A DNA stretch of 64,000 bases from Selaginella moellendorffii (lineage: Eukaryota; Plantae; Lycopodiophyta). Where the stretch lies: NCBI RefSeq assembly GCF_000143415.4, contig NW_003314277.1:2074764-2138763 (forward strand), in the 5' to 3' direction. Shown here one piece after another: positions 34,601-47,222 of the stretch. The position numbers and the translations under genes were made by a program. Position 1 is the stretch's first letter. Each line of letters begins with the position of its first letter. The notes under the pieces are model-generated. The model did not search any database and was not told where the DNA came from. It worked only from the letters and a program-made list of their open reading frames with translations.

Positions 34601-37600
34601 GAGCCATTATGGCTGGTGTCAAGCGATTTATGTTCGAGGGAACAGATCTTCCTCTTATTCCCACTTGCACATCGTTCATCACCATGAATCCAGGTTATGC
34701 CGGACGGTCAGAGCTGCCAGACAATTTGAAGGCTTTGTTCCGGCCGGTGGCTATGATGGTTCCAAATTATGCGATGATTGGGTAACTACGCAACTCTTTA
34801 TGAAACTTTTGGTTTTACTCATATCATCGGTTTGTAGGGAGATTATTTTGTATTCTTTTGGGTATGGACTTGCTCGAGATATGGCGCGTAAGCTAGTGGC
34901 AACTTACAGACTTTGCAGCGAGCAGTTGTCTTCTCAGGTAAGGAGTATATAGACGTAGTTGGAATTTCGTAATCATGTATTCACAGGATCACTATGATTA
35001 TGGTATGCGTGCGGTGATAGCCGTGCTCAGAGCTGCGGGTAACTTGAAAAGGAAGTACAGAGATGCGGACGAGTCCGTGCTCGTTCTTCGAGCTATTCGA
35101 GATGTCAACCTTCCCAAATTTTTGTCTCATGATATACCTTTGTTTGAAGGAATCATGGCTGATCTGTTTCCCGGCGTGGTATGTGGTTATTGTTTTATTT
35201 CGTTGTTTTGTATTGTTTTGTTTGTTCTTTGTTTGTCAGGTCCTTCCAAAGCCGGATTATGATGCCATTCTCTTGGCCTTGAACAACAATTGCGTCAAGA
35301 TGAATTTGATACCCATCGAACCATTCATACGAAAAATCTTAGAACTCTACGAGATGATTATTGTGAGGCACGGGTTGATGATTGTTGGATATTCGTTTGG
35401 AGCAAAAACCTGCATGTACAAGGTTCTTGCGGATGCTTTGACGGAAATGAATCAGCAAAACCTGGAGCAAGTAACATGGTATGTTGTTTTTTTACTTACA
35501 TTTTGTTGAATGGCTAAAGCAGCCTGTCCATTAGTATGCAGGTATAATATTCTAAATCCGAAGTCCATCACGATGGGACAACTATATGGTCAGTTTGACC
35601 CCGTTTCGCATGAGTGGACAGACGGGGTTCTTGCAACTACTTTTCGAAACCAGTCGGCTGACACTACTCCAAATCGAAAGTGGCTTATTTTCGATGGGCC
35701 TGTAGATGCAATCTGGATCGAGAACATGAATACGGTAACGTAATGGTCCTACTTACAGAAAGTTCTCACTATCTTTTTCTGCAGGTGTTAGATGATAACA
35801 AGAAGCTTTGTCTCATGAGCGGAGAGATTATCCAGATGTCTGGCACGATGAACTTAATTTTTGAAGTCCAGGACTTGGCGGCGGCCTCACCTGCAACTGT
35901 CTCTAGATGCGGAATGGTTTATGTAGAACCTTCGGCGATTGGATGGAGGCCGATTGTTACATCTTGGCTCACAGCTTTGCCAGAGGTTTTACAAGGGCGC
36001 TACAGTGACCAGATTTCAAAACTGTGCGAGTGGCTGCTACCGCCCTGCTTACGTTGCGTACAAAAAAATTGCAAGCTGACTATTGCAATGCAGGTATGAA
36101 ATCTTGTTGTTTTGTTTCTGTTAACATTGTCGAATGCAGGAGCAAAACATGGTGCAGAGCATGCTGCGCATTATCTGGTCGCTCATGGATCCGCAATTGA
36201 CGGACAGTACGTAAAGCCTCCTTTTTGTTCATAATGTTGTGATGCTCCTGTTTTGCTGTGCAGAGGTTCAATCTGAGAAAATGGATGGCAACTTGAAGGC
36301 TACCTGGGTGGACAGCATATTTTTGTTTGCACTGGTTTGGGCGGTTGGTGCTTGCACGGATCACGCAGATCGCCCCAAGTTCGATGTGCTTCTGCGCAAG
36401 CTTATTGTAAGTCATAAAAGCTGAAATTTTATCAGTTTCTTATTCATTCAATAAACAGGCCAACCAACCACCTGAGGATTACAAGCAGTACATAGTTGCC
36501 GCGGCAAGAAAAGTGGCCCAGAATTTTCCAGATGGTAAACTAGTCTACGATTTTGTTTTCAACAAAGATAGAGCAAAATGGGTTCCGTGGACCGATCTCG
36601 TCGACGAGACCCCTCCAAGTCCCGAGGCCGACTTTGCAAGGATAATAGTTTCGACCGCGGATACGGTGAAATATTTGTTTTTGGTAAACGAGCTGGTGAT
36701 GCATACCTTCCCTTTGCTGCTTGTTGGCCCGACGGGCACCGGAAAGAGCCAATACGTCAAGCAGTACCTGATGAAGCTGGATACGTCGAAGTAAGTTCTG
36801 CGATTCCATTTCTTTTGTCATTGACGTTTCGTTGAACAGGTTTCAGTCCATGTTTTTCAACTTCTCTGCGCAAACAAGTGCTAACCAGACGCAGGATATC
36901 ATTGACTCGAAGCTCGTCAAAAGGAAACAAGGAATCTTTGGGCCGCAGAAAGGAAAGCAGTGCATAATTCTTGTGGACGACCTTAGTATGCCTGCTCTTG
37001 AGAAATACGGCGCTCAGCCACCTATTGAACTGCTGAGGCAATGGATGGATCACAAAGGATGGTAAGTTTTTACGCTTATATTGCTCTTGCTTGTCTGACT
37101 TAACTGTGATCTTGCTTTTCAGGTACGACCGAAATGATCTGTCGTTCAAAAACATCATAGATACTCAGTTTATATCTGCAATGGCTCCTCCTGGAGGAGG
37201 ACGAAACGCAGTCACAAATCGCTATTTACGTCATTTTAACGTTATATGTGTTACTCCATTTTCAGACGCCACATTGAGCAGGTATACGGGATCTCCTCTT
37301 TGTGACAATTAACAAACAAAGTCTTTTGCAGGATATTTTCTTCTTTGGTAGATTTCTGGATGAAGAGGTCCAGATATCCACCACAAGTGGTTAAACTTAG
37401 GCCTCCTATGATTGCTGCGACAATTGATATCTATCAGACTGTTCAGCGTGAGCTTCTCCCCACTCCGGAGAAGTCTCACTATACATATAATCTGCGTGAT
37501 CTTTCCAAGGTACGATTTTTATTTTGTGGTATATATCTCATTTTTTGTCGTGCAGGTGTTTCTGGGCCTGCAATTTGCGCCAGCCGAGACCGACAATGTG

Positions 37601-40600
37601 TACAAGATCATGCGACTATGGGCTAATGAATGCCTTAGGATTTTTTACGACCGCCTTATCAACGATAAGGACAGAGATTGGTTTTGCGAACTTCTGGCGG
37701 AAATGTTTGAGAAGCACTACAAAGAACGTTATGGAAAAGTCTTTGCAAGCTTTACTCATTCCGAAATCAAGAAAGGGGATAGCAGTCCTGGAAACATGAA
37801 GTATTTTATGGCAGGAGATTTCATGGTTCCCGGGGCAGATCCTGCGCAAGTAAGTTTGGGTAAAGTTTTTGTTAAACTTGTGTCCGATTTGAAAATTACA
37901 GTACGACGAAATCACTGACGAGGAGGGGCTTATGCGTGTTATGCAAGCATACTTGGAGGACTATAACCAAGTTAATACGAAGCAAATGAATCTAGTACTT
38001 TTTCAGTTTGCTATTCAACATATATCCCGTATCTGCCGCGTGATTAAGCAGCCGGGAGGAAATGCATTGCTTGTAGGTGTTGGTGGTAGTGGGAGACAAA
38101 GTTTTGCAAGACTAGCTGCGTTTATTGAAGGCTTTGATATATTTCAGGTACTCCCGCTTTCTCGTGTGATCTGCTTTTTATATTTAAACGCAGGTTGAAA
38201 TAGCGAAAAATTATGGCATGTCCGAATGGAGGGAGGATTTAGGAAAAATGTTGCGGAAAGCTGGAGAAGCGGACAAGCGCGTCATGTTCCTTTTCGTTGA
38301 TACACAAATTAAAATGGAAGGATTTGTAGAAGATATAAATTCACTGCTTAACACGGGAGAGGTAAGCGTCATTTGACAATATCCGCTATTTTACTGAAGC
38401 CTAGAGAGTTCTACAGGTTCCAAATCTTTATGACTCCGCAGACTTAAGTTCCATCTGTGAGGCAGTTCGACCTCGAGCAAAACGCGCAAAAAGGGATGGA
38501 TCGCGTGCAGAGCTATACGCATTCTTTGTAGACGAGTGCTCTAAGAACATGCGAATTGCTTTGGTACGTAAAATTTGGTGTTTCATCGAGGAAATAACAT
38601 AGTTGTCTGCAGGCTTTTAGTCCAATTGGTGGAGCTTTCAGAGATCGATTACGGAAGTTCCCATCTTTAGTGAACTGTTGCACGATTGATTGGTTTAGCG
38701 GTTGGCCAACAGAAGTAAGTTTTGCACAAGATCTACCAAGTTACTTATGTGTCGGTCTTCCAGGCATTACGTTCAGTTGCAGCTAGATTTCTGGACGACG
38801 TAAATGTGGATGATAAGCTTATTCCGGGGCTCGTAGACATGACAGTGCACTTCCATATTTCTGTGCAGGTATTTTACTATTTGAAAATATGTCTCTTTTT
38901 TTATAAATTCTTCGCTCAGGACCTCTCACTTCAATATTTTACTGTAATGCGTCGGTACTCATATGTTACACCAACAAGTTTCCTTGAGCTCATCAACTTG
39001 TTTAAGTCATTGCTAATGAAAAAGCAGGCAGAAGTCAGCGGGTTTAAGAAAAGGTACATGTATATGTTAGTTAGAAGATTCTGACATTGCGAATGGCAGA
39101 TATGAAATGGGACTGCAAAAGCTAGAGAGTTCAGCAAACGACGTGAACACGATGCAGAAAGAGTTGGAGGAACTCCAGCCTAAGCTAGTGCAATCTACTG
39201 CTGAAGTTACTGAGTTGCTTCAGGTTCCTCCTTCTATCTTTTAGCTCCGAGATTTTATATTGATGGATCGCGTTTCAATAGGTCATTGATACAGAAACAA
39301 CTGAGGCAAATAAAGTCAGGGAAGTTGTGTTAGTGGAAGAAGCTGCAGCAAGCATAAAAGCCGCTGAAGCGAAAGCAATTAAGGATGACACAGAGGCTGA
39401 ACTAGCAGCCGCAATGCCCATGTTAGAAGCTGCTCTCAAGGTACGTTTCCCTGTTGTTCATGCTTACAAACTTAAGCTAATTATCACAGGCGCTCGACAC
39501 TTTGAGTAAAAACGACATATCAGAGCTGAAAGGAATGAAAAGTCCACCTGCGGGAGTAAAGCTTGTCATGGAAGCAGTCTGTATCATGAAAAGCATAAAA
39601 CCAACTCGCATGAAAGACCCAGGAGGGTCAGGAAAGGTGAAGTATGCACCGGAGATCTTCATCTTTTTCATACCGAAAGTTGCAGATGGTTGAGGACTAC
39701 TGGGAAAGTAGCAAAAAGATGTTGGCGGATGCTGATTTTCTAAAGAGCTTGAGAGAATATGACAAGGACAACATCTCCGTCGAAATCATCGCGAAAATTC
39801 GACCGTAAGCTTATTGTGAAGATTAGTACCGTTGGCTGATAACTTTGGAAAAATGCAGTTACATCGCAAATCCTAACATGGAGCCAACTAAAGTTTCTGT
39901 GATTTCAAAAGCTGCATTCGGGCTTTGTTCGTGGATCATTGCAATGGAGGCTTATGATCGCGTAGCAAAAGTGGTGGCACCTAAACAAGCAGCACTTAAA
40001 ATTGCTGAAGCTGAATACGAGGAAGTCATGTCTGCGTTACGCGTGAAGCAGGCGTCTTTGCGAAAGGTGCGTTTGCAAGTTCTTATATACTTGTCGTCTG
40101 AAATAACTACTGCAGGTCGAGTTAAGGCTGGCAGAATTAGATGCGCAGCTAAATGGTGCACAGTTTAAAAAGAAAACGGTTGAAGATGAAGCGAGTCTGT
40201 GCGCAACAAAAATTACCCGTGCAAACCAGCTCATGTCTGGTCTCGGGGGTGAGAAAACTCGCTGGACAGCCCAGGCTCAAATGTTTGGAGAAACGTACAT
40301 CAAATTGACCGGGGACATTCTATTGTCGGCTGGGATGATAGCTTATCTCGGTGTGTTTACTCCGACGTTTAGAGATCAAGCAGTTGCGGTAAGTTAGAAC
40401 GGGAGCTAAGAATCGAAATAATATCGTGGAAATGTTTGTGCAGGACTGGCTAGCTGTTTGCAAGGGGAAAAAGATCCCATGCTCTACTGATTTTGTTCTC
40501 AGCAATATCCTTGCCGATCCTGTAGAGATACGAGCGTGGAACATCTGTGGTCTACCAAAAGACCAGTGCTCGATTGACAACGGCACAATCATCAAAACTG

Positions 40601-43600
40601 CTCGTAGATGGGGCTTGATGATTGATCCTCAGGTATGATATTTTTTCGTGCGTGGTTAACCAACCTTATGTGGTACTCTAGGGTCAAGCTAACAAGTGGA
40701 TAAAAAATCTTGAAGCAAGCAATGCCCTCATAATCACAAAACTCAGTGACAATGACTTCTTGCGAAAGCTTGAAGTTGGAATTCAGGTTGCTCCTTCCTC
40801 ACTTTAAATTTTCTCTCGTTGAACTGGGCACTTTACAGTTTGGAAAGCCTGTCTTAGTTGAAAACGTTGGCGAAGAACTTGATCCAGCTATTGAACCTAT
40901 TCTATTGCAACTAACATTTAAACAGAGTGGCACTCTGTGTATAAAACTAGGAGATAACACGTTGGAGTATTCCTCAAAGTTCCGTCTCTATCTCACAACA
41001 AAACTTCGGAACCCTCACTACAGTCCCGAAACTTCCGCAAAGGTGGTCTCTCCTTGCATTATTCTTATTTTGTTTTAACGATTCTCTTCAGGTCACACTA
41101 CTCAACTTTATGATTACCTCGGAAGGCTTGTTCGATCAGCTTCTTGGAATAGCTGTTGCGAAGGAGCGGCCGGACTTAGAGGAAGAAAAAAATCAGCTGA
41201 TTCTTCAGAGTGCGAGCAATAAGAAGCAGCTTAAGGAAATTGAAGATAAAACGCTGGAGGTTCTGTCGCAAGAAGGAAACATTCTTGAAGATGAAACTGG
41301 AATACAGGTAAGCTTTTTCAAACTATATCATGTCTAAACAATACGTTACCCAGGTTCTTTCACAATCCAAAATTTTGTCTGAGGATATTTCCGCCAAGCA
41401 AAAAATTGCCGAAGAAACGGAGGTCAAAATTGACAATGCACGTAGCGGATACAAACCGGTGGCAAAAGTAACAGCGATCTTGTTTTTTTGTGTTTCAGGT
41501 GAGAACGTCTCATTCAAAATGAATCGGTTCTAATGACTTGTTCTGTTACAGACATGGCCAATATTGAGCCGATGTACCAATATTCGCTACCATGGTTCAT
41601 AGATTTGTTCGAGTTTTCCATTATGAACAGTGAGAAATCTCCCGATCTCGGAGCACGGCTCAGGATTTTAAACGCTCACTTTCTGTACACCCTCTACTGC
41701 AATGTTTGCCGTTCTTTGTTTGAGAAGGACAAACTTCTGTTCGTCTTTTTAATGACAGTGAAGCTTTTCTCTGCTGAAGGAAAGCTGAGTCTTGACGAGG
41801 TAACTCTATTTAATTTTGTTTTGATAACCGCTAACAATGCTTCGTTCTCACTTTCAGCTAAGGTTTTTCATGACGGGAGGCATTGCTCTTGATAAACAGC
41901 CAGCTAAGCCTGCGGGTGAAGCCACTGCATGGCTTAGCGACAAGGCGTGGGGCGAACTTTATCGGCTTTCACAAGTACATTTTTCTTTTTTTGCTGAAGA
42001 CTATCCTTGAGAGTCATTCATATTACAGAAAGAAGCCTTTAGCGGTTTGGATGCAGACATCATTCAGCAAGCAGACAAGTGGCGAGTCATTTTTGATAGT
42101 CCTGAACCACATGTACGTTGTCTTGCTGGTTGGACAAACAGCTTATTGTTTTTTTATATATTTCAGATGGAACCACTTCCTTTGCCCTGGAATATTGAGC
42201 TCGACTCATTCCAAAAGATGGTAGTGTTGCGGTGCATTCGGCCTGACAAGGTATATTTGAATAACTTGCTGCTTTTTACTTCATTGCATTCGTCCCGGCT
42301 TCCTTCCAGCTTGTGTTAGCTACGGCGAATTATGTCGCTGAATCTTTGGGATCAAAGTTTATCGAACCACTGCCTCTCAACCTTGAAAGCTGCTACAAAG
42401 ACGCTTCAGCTACGACGCCACTCGTCTTTGTTTTATCGCCCGGCTCAGATCCAATGTCGATGCTTCTCAAGCTTGCAGCGGATAAAGAGGCTAAGTTAGA
42501 GACGGTCTCGCTTGGACAGGGACAGGGCCCAGTAGCTATTGCCATTCTCAACGTCGCAGCAAAGGAAGGCTCTTGGGTGGCGCTCCAGAACTGTCATCTG
42601 GCTGTTTCCTGGATGGCCACGCTGGAGAAGTACTGGGAGAACGAGCTTACAAAAGAGAAAACACACAAAGATTTCAGGCTCTGGCTCACAAGCTATCCTT
42701 CGGACGCGTTTCCAGTAGCAATCCTTCAGAATGCGGTGAAGATGACCAACGAGCCTCCGAATGGTCTCAAAGCCAACTTGACCGGCAGCTACTTCATGTA
42801 TCCGATATCAGATATTGACTTCTTCAGCAATTGTTCGAAAGGTCCCGAGTGGCGAAGAATGCTCTATGGACTTTGTTTCTTCCATGCTTTTGTTCAGGTA
42901 TGCATTTATCGTGATGATATTTTCGCTCTTGAACTTAGATGTTTTATGATGTTAGGAACGGAGAAAGTTCGGACCCTTGGGTTGGAACATCCCATACGAG
43001 TACAACGAATCAGATTTGCGAATTAGCGTACGACAGTTGAAGATGTTCATCGAAGAGTATCCCGACAGGGTGAGTTTTCCGTTCTCTGCAACGTGAAACA
43101 GTTACATATTCATTCTGACATGACTTGTGCAGATTCCTTACAAGGCTCTCAACTACTTGACTGGAGAGTGTAATTATGGTGGTCGAGTTACTGACGATCA
43201 CGACCGAAGAACACTCATCACAATACTGGAAGGAATTTATTGTGATGCTGTTCACGACGATAACTATTCTTTCTCTGAAAGTGGTCTTTTTCGTGCTCCT
43301 CCTGATGGTAAGCTTTGCAAAAGGTGCAACTGTTTGTGATCAAAACTTTCACCTTTCACAGGCACCTACGAAAACTTTTTGGAGTTCATTAAGAGACTTC
43401 CGAATCAGCCTCGCCCCGAGGTTTTTGGTTTTCACGACAACGCTACCATAAGCAAGGACTTGAACGAAACGGCCCGGCTTCTTGATTCCCTGCTTTTAGT
43501 ATCACCAGCAGCCTCAGAAGGCGGGTCATCCAAGAAAGGTGGAGCACCAGCAATGTCTCCGGATGATGTTATGCTGGGAATATCGTCGGATATCCTGGGA

Positions 43601-44513
43601 AAGCTTCCTGGAAACTTTGACATCGAAGCTGTCCAGAACAAATACCCCGTTGTCTACCTCGAGTCCATGAACACGGTGCTATGCCAGGTACTTATATGAT
43701 TCTCTCTTTCTCTCGCTCACTCTACTTTCCAAATTGCAGGAGCTTGAAAGATTTAACAAGCTGCTTAGTATAATTCGGTCCAGCCTTCTCGAGCTTCAGA
43801 AGGCCGTGAAAGGGTTGATTGTCATGAGTGCGGAACTAGACCAACTTGGGAGGAGCCTTTTGGATGGTAAGATACCGGCAATGTGGGCTGCCAAGTCATA
43901 TCCGTCGAGAAAGCCGCTTGCAAGCTACGTCTCGGACTTGCTGGAGCGAGTAGCGTTCTTCCACGACTGGGTTGTCAATGGACCTCCCAGCGTCTACTGG
44001 CTATCTGGTTTAAACTTCACACAGTCGTTTCTTACCGGAGCCAAGCAAAACTTTGCTCGTTCTGCCAAGGTTCCCATTGATATGATCGACTTTGAGTTTC
44101 AAGTTATGGAGGATCCGGTAAGCTGAGCTCCTTTTGCTGGATCTACTAATGAAACTATGTTACTTTGCAAACAGGCTGCTTGTACAATAAAGCCAGAGAT
44201 TGGCGTGTACGTTCGTGGTCTGTTCTTGGAAGGAGCTAGATGGGATTACAACACACATTATCTGGGCGAATCGGAGCCAAAAGTTCTCTACTCGCCATGT
44301 CCAATCCTCTGGCTGGTGCCGACGGAGCTCTCAAAATTCGGCAACTATCCGCACTACTTGTCTCCGCTGTACAAAACCAGTGATCGAAGGGGTATCCTTT
44401 CCACGACCGGCCACTCGACAAACTTCGTCATGGAAGTGAAGCTCCCGTCCAACATGCCGCAGGCTCACTGGGTGAAGCGAGGAGTCGCTCTTCTTTCACA
44501 ACTAGATGACTAA
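28689..44513 (+). CDS. Axonemal inner-arm dynein heavy chain, single-headed type (DNAH3/7/12-like)
   Basis: Several dozen short introns. Motifs: [26 protein letters not shown]1 [25 protein letters not shown]2 GYSFGAKT, P3 GPTGTGKS, P4 GVGGSGRQS, stalk coiled coil, and C-terminal [15 protein letters not shown]...[15 protein letters not shown]. The 5' exons are less certain. Confidence 0.95.
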
Positions 44514-44576
44514 ACAACACATCAAAGAAGGTGATACTTTCAAAGCTTTGGTTACAACTTAACGTTTGAGTTTTCT

Positions 44577-45061
44577 TCATGGACTACCAGGTGGAAAGAA
44601 AATGGAGCACCCCGGGTAGCAGTTCTCGCAGCGAGAGAGGTAGAGTGGATCCCGGCACTTGTATCCCAGAGCTGGCAAGCAGCTCTCGGGACAGGACGTG
44701 AATCTGGAGCTCCGGCAGGCGTTTGTCCCGTTGAGAAAGATGAGCGCACAGGACGTCCCCTGGAGTCGACAGCAGTTCGTGCAGCTCTTGGAGAGGTAGC
44801 CGTGGTCGCACTCCAAGATGGTGTTGGGCATGCACTCGTCAGGGCAAGAGCCATCAACTGAAAGGCCAAAGTCACAGCGCCATGAACAAGAGAGGACATC
44901 ACAGAGACTTACACTCAAATGGAGGCAGGAATGGGGCAACTCCTGGGAAAAAAAAGCAGATTTTTTTCAAGTTCAACATCAGATCTTGAGAGGTTTTCTA
45001 TTAAACCTGTGATCAAGACGAAGAGCAGCAGCAGGATCGCTGGAAACTTTGGCAGCTCCAT
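44577..45061 (-). CDS. Secreted potato type II (Pin-II)-like proteinase inhibitor, one full plus one partial repeat
   Basis: Exons 45061-45007, 44942-44913 and 44857-44577 give 121 aa: a signal peptide, then SCPDEC...C...SCTNCC...C..IFLNGTNAC and SCPESC...C...RCENCYPGC. There is a phase-1 intron in a Gly codon after the signal peptide. Confidence 0.72.
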
Positions 45062-45305
45062 CGTAGCTCTCTCGAGACGACGAAGAACAAACTTAAAGAG
45101 AGACAACCAAGGAGGAAGGACCGTGTACATATTGGAGGGGACACGAAAGTTCTATGATCGGTGAAACAAAACGCATATCGTGGTTTTTAATCTGGAATAG
45201 CCAACGAACAATGTACCTGGGAATTGTTACAAAGGAAGCTGTTTGCTCGACGCTCTTTTGATGCTTTCGAGCCTTTTTTTCGTCCTTCCACTTTTTTTTT
45301 TTTTT

Positions 45306-46559
45306 TCAATCCGAGCTGCGAGATGAGAGGCTCAAGATGGCGTGGAACATCCTCCGGCGAGAGCCCACGGCGTGGATTCCCATCTCTCGCAAGTCCTCCA
45401 TGGTGAGCAGTGGAAGAGCCTCCTCGTCCACTTCATGGAGCTCAAACACGTCCATATACTTGGCCAACCTTCGTTCCTCGAGCCACTTTCTTACGAGCTC
45501 CGGCAAAACGAAGCTCTCTTCCTGGTTGAGCTCACCACTTTTACTCGTGGTTTGCTGCGTCCTAGTCTCTGGAACTTCTTCTTCGCGTTCTTCTTCTCGG
45601 TTTACTTGGCGAGATTGGTTCTCTTCCCGGACTCCGCTGGCTGGGAAGTTCTCACCATCGCCACCATCACCTTCTTCCAGCAATCGCTCCTCCGGATCGA
45701 TGGCTTCTACCAAAGCATCGCTTTCGTTTGCCTGATCAAACAGACCTTGAGAGGCATTCTTCTCTTCCACCTCGAGCTCTTCTTGGTCCTGCGGAAGCTC
45801 TTCCTCTTCTTCTACTGCTTCCTCCCTCGCTTCCTCCATCTCTTCTTCCTTGCTCTCTCGAGCCTCCACCTCGGCGCCAATCTCCTCGTTCTCTTTAGCC
45901 AGCGACGAGCTCTTCGAGCCATCCTCCTCACCAGCCGCCACAACTTTCCTGGCTCCCCAGTTCTTGACAGTGAAAGACGAAGAAGAGGAGGATTTCTTCC
46001 TCCCTTTCTTCCCACCGCTACCACCATTCCCTAGCCGCCGCCTCTTCTTCTTCTTCTTCTTCTCCTCGCCTCTCTTCCTCTCCTCGCCGCCGCCACCTTT
46101 CTCTTCCTCGTCCTCGCCATTCTCGGCGGCTTGATCGTGCTCCTCCACCTCGGCCGCCTGCTCGATCATCTCCGCCTCGTTCCCATTCTCACCGCTCTTC
46201 CTCTCCTCAGCATCGTGGACGAGCTCCAAAGCCTTGGTTTTCGATGGCGGCGACTCCAGCGCCTCCTGGAGATGGAAGCCCGTCATGTCCACCGCGGTTG
46301 GATCATCCTCCACCTCCTCTTCCACCACATCCGGCAGCAAAGAGGGACAAACTTGGGCCGCCGCCGCCGCGCGCTTCTTCCTCCTCTTGAAAGAAGGCCG
46401 ATTCTCGAGAAACAACGCTAGGGGAACGTCGCCAATCTCGCCCAAGCGCACACTCGGCCTTCGCTGCCTCTTGGAATTCCTAGGAGCCGAGAAAGAAGAA
46501 TCCAATCCATTCTCCTCCTGCTGCTGCGGCTGCTGCTCCATGATCATACCTTCTTCCAT
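45306..46559 (-). CDS. Sterile alpha motif (SAM) domain protein
   Basis: Intronless 417-aa ORF with N-terminal SKRQRRPSVRLGEIG, an acidic/basic low-complexity middle, and C-terminal VRKWLEERRLAKYMDVFELHEVDEEALPLLTMEDLREMGIHAVGSRRRM. Confidence 0.92.
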   Translation of the reverse strand: MEEGMIMEQQPQQQEENGLDSSFSAPRNSKRQRRPSVRLGEIGDVPLALFLENRPSFKRRKKRAAAAAQVCPSLLPDVVEEEVEDDPTAVDMTGFHLQEALESPPSKTKALELVHDAEERKSGENGNEAEMIEQAAEVEEHDQAAENGEDEEEKGGGGEERKRGEEKKKKKKRRRLGNGGSGGKKGRKKSSSSSSFTVKNWGARKVVAAGEEDGSKSSSLAKENEEIGAEVEARESKEEEMEEAREEAVEEEEELPQDQEELEVEEKNASQGLFDQANESDALVEAIDPEERLLEEGDGGDGENFPASGVREENQSRQVNREEEREEEVPETRTQQTTSKSGELNQEESFVLPELVRKWLEERRLAKYMDVFELHEVDEEALPLLTMEDLREMGIHAVGSRRRMFHAILSLSSRSSD

Positions 46560-47222
46560 GATCGCTCCATCAAAATGCGGCCTTGGAGCTCAAAAACCCT
46601 TTCCTTGTCCCTGGAGAGAGAGAACCCTATTTTCTCGAATAGAATCGTTTTAATGCTCTAGTTAAAGTCAAATGCAAGAGCCCTAAAGTTTTAACTTTTT
46701 CATTAGGGCTTAGGTTTATCGTTTACTTAAAGTCAACACTCGTTTACTTATAGTCAACACTAAACCTTCCATAGGTTTATCCAACTTAGGGTTTCTATAT
46801 TTGGAGAGGGCCGCGCGTACGCGAGCCCTCAACTTCCACAAATTATGACGTCCATTCCTCCACTTTGGGAAGATGGTAGGTCGGCCAAGCCAAAGTGCAA
46901 TGGGAAAGCCAAACCTAGGCCATTGGCCTTAATGATCACCAATAGACCCCGTCCAGGTAAGTATGTTTCATCTCCTATAACCCTAGTTTATATACCACTT
47001 TTGGTGGCTTCATTCCATACCACGGCATGTGGGATAGGTCAGAAGTACACGTGTATTGACACGTGGATGTGGGTTTTGGTTAAACTTGCTTAGTTTAGCT
47101 CTTAATCTTTTTATCATGAACACTTTCTCTTTGCAGTTCTTCCGGATCAATCGAACTTCCAGTTTATCCTTGGCCATATTTTCTTACTCCGTGAAATCGC
47201 AAACTTGTCATGGATGAACATA

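Noticed and set aside
29033-44439. Dozens of separate short ORFs in the track
   Set aside because: They are exons or shadows of the single dynein heavy chain gene.
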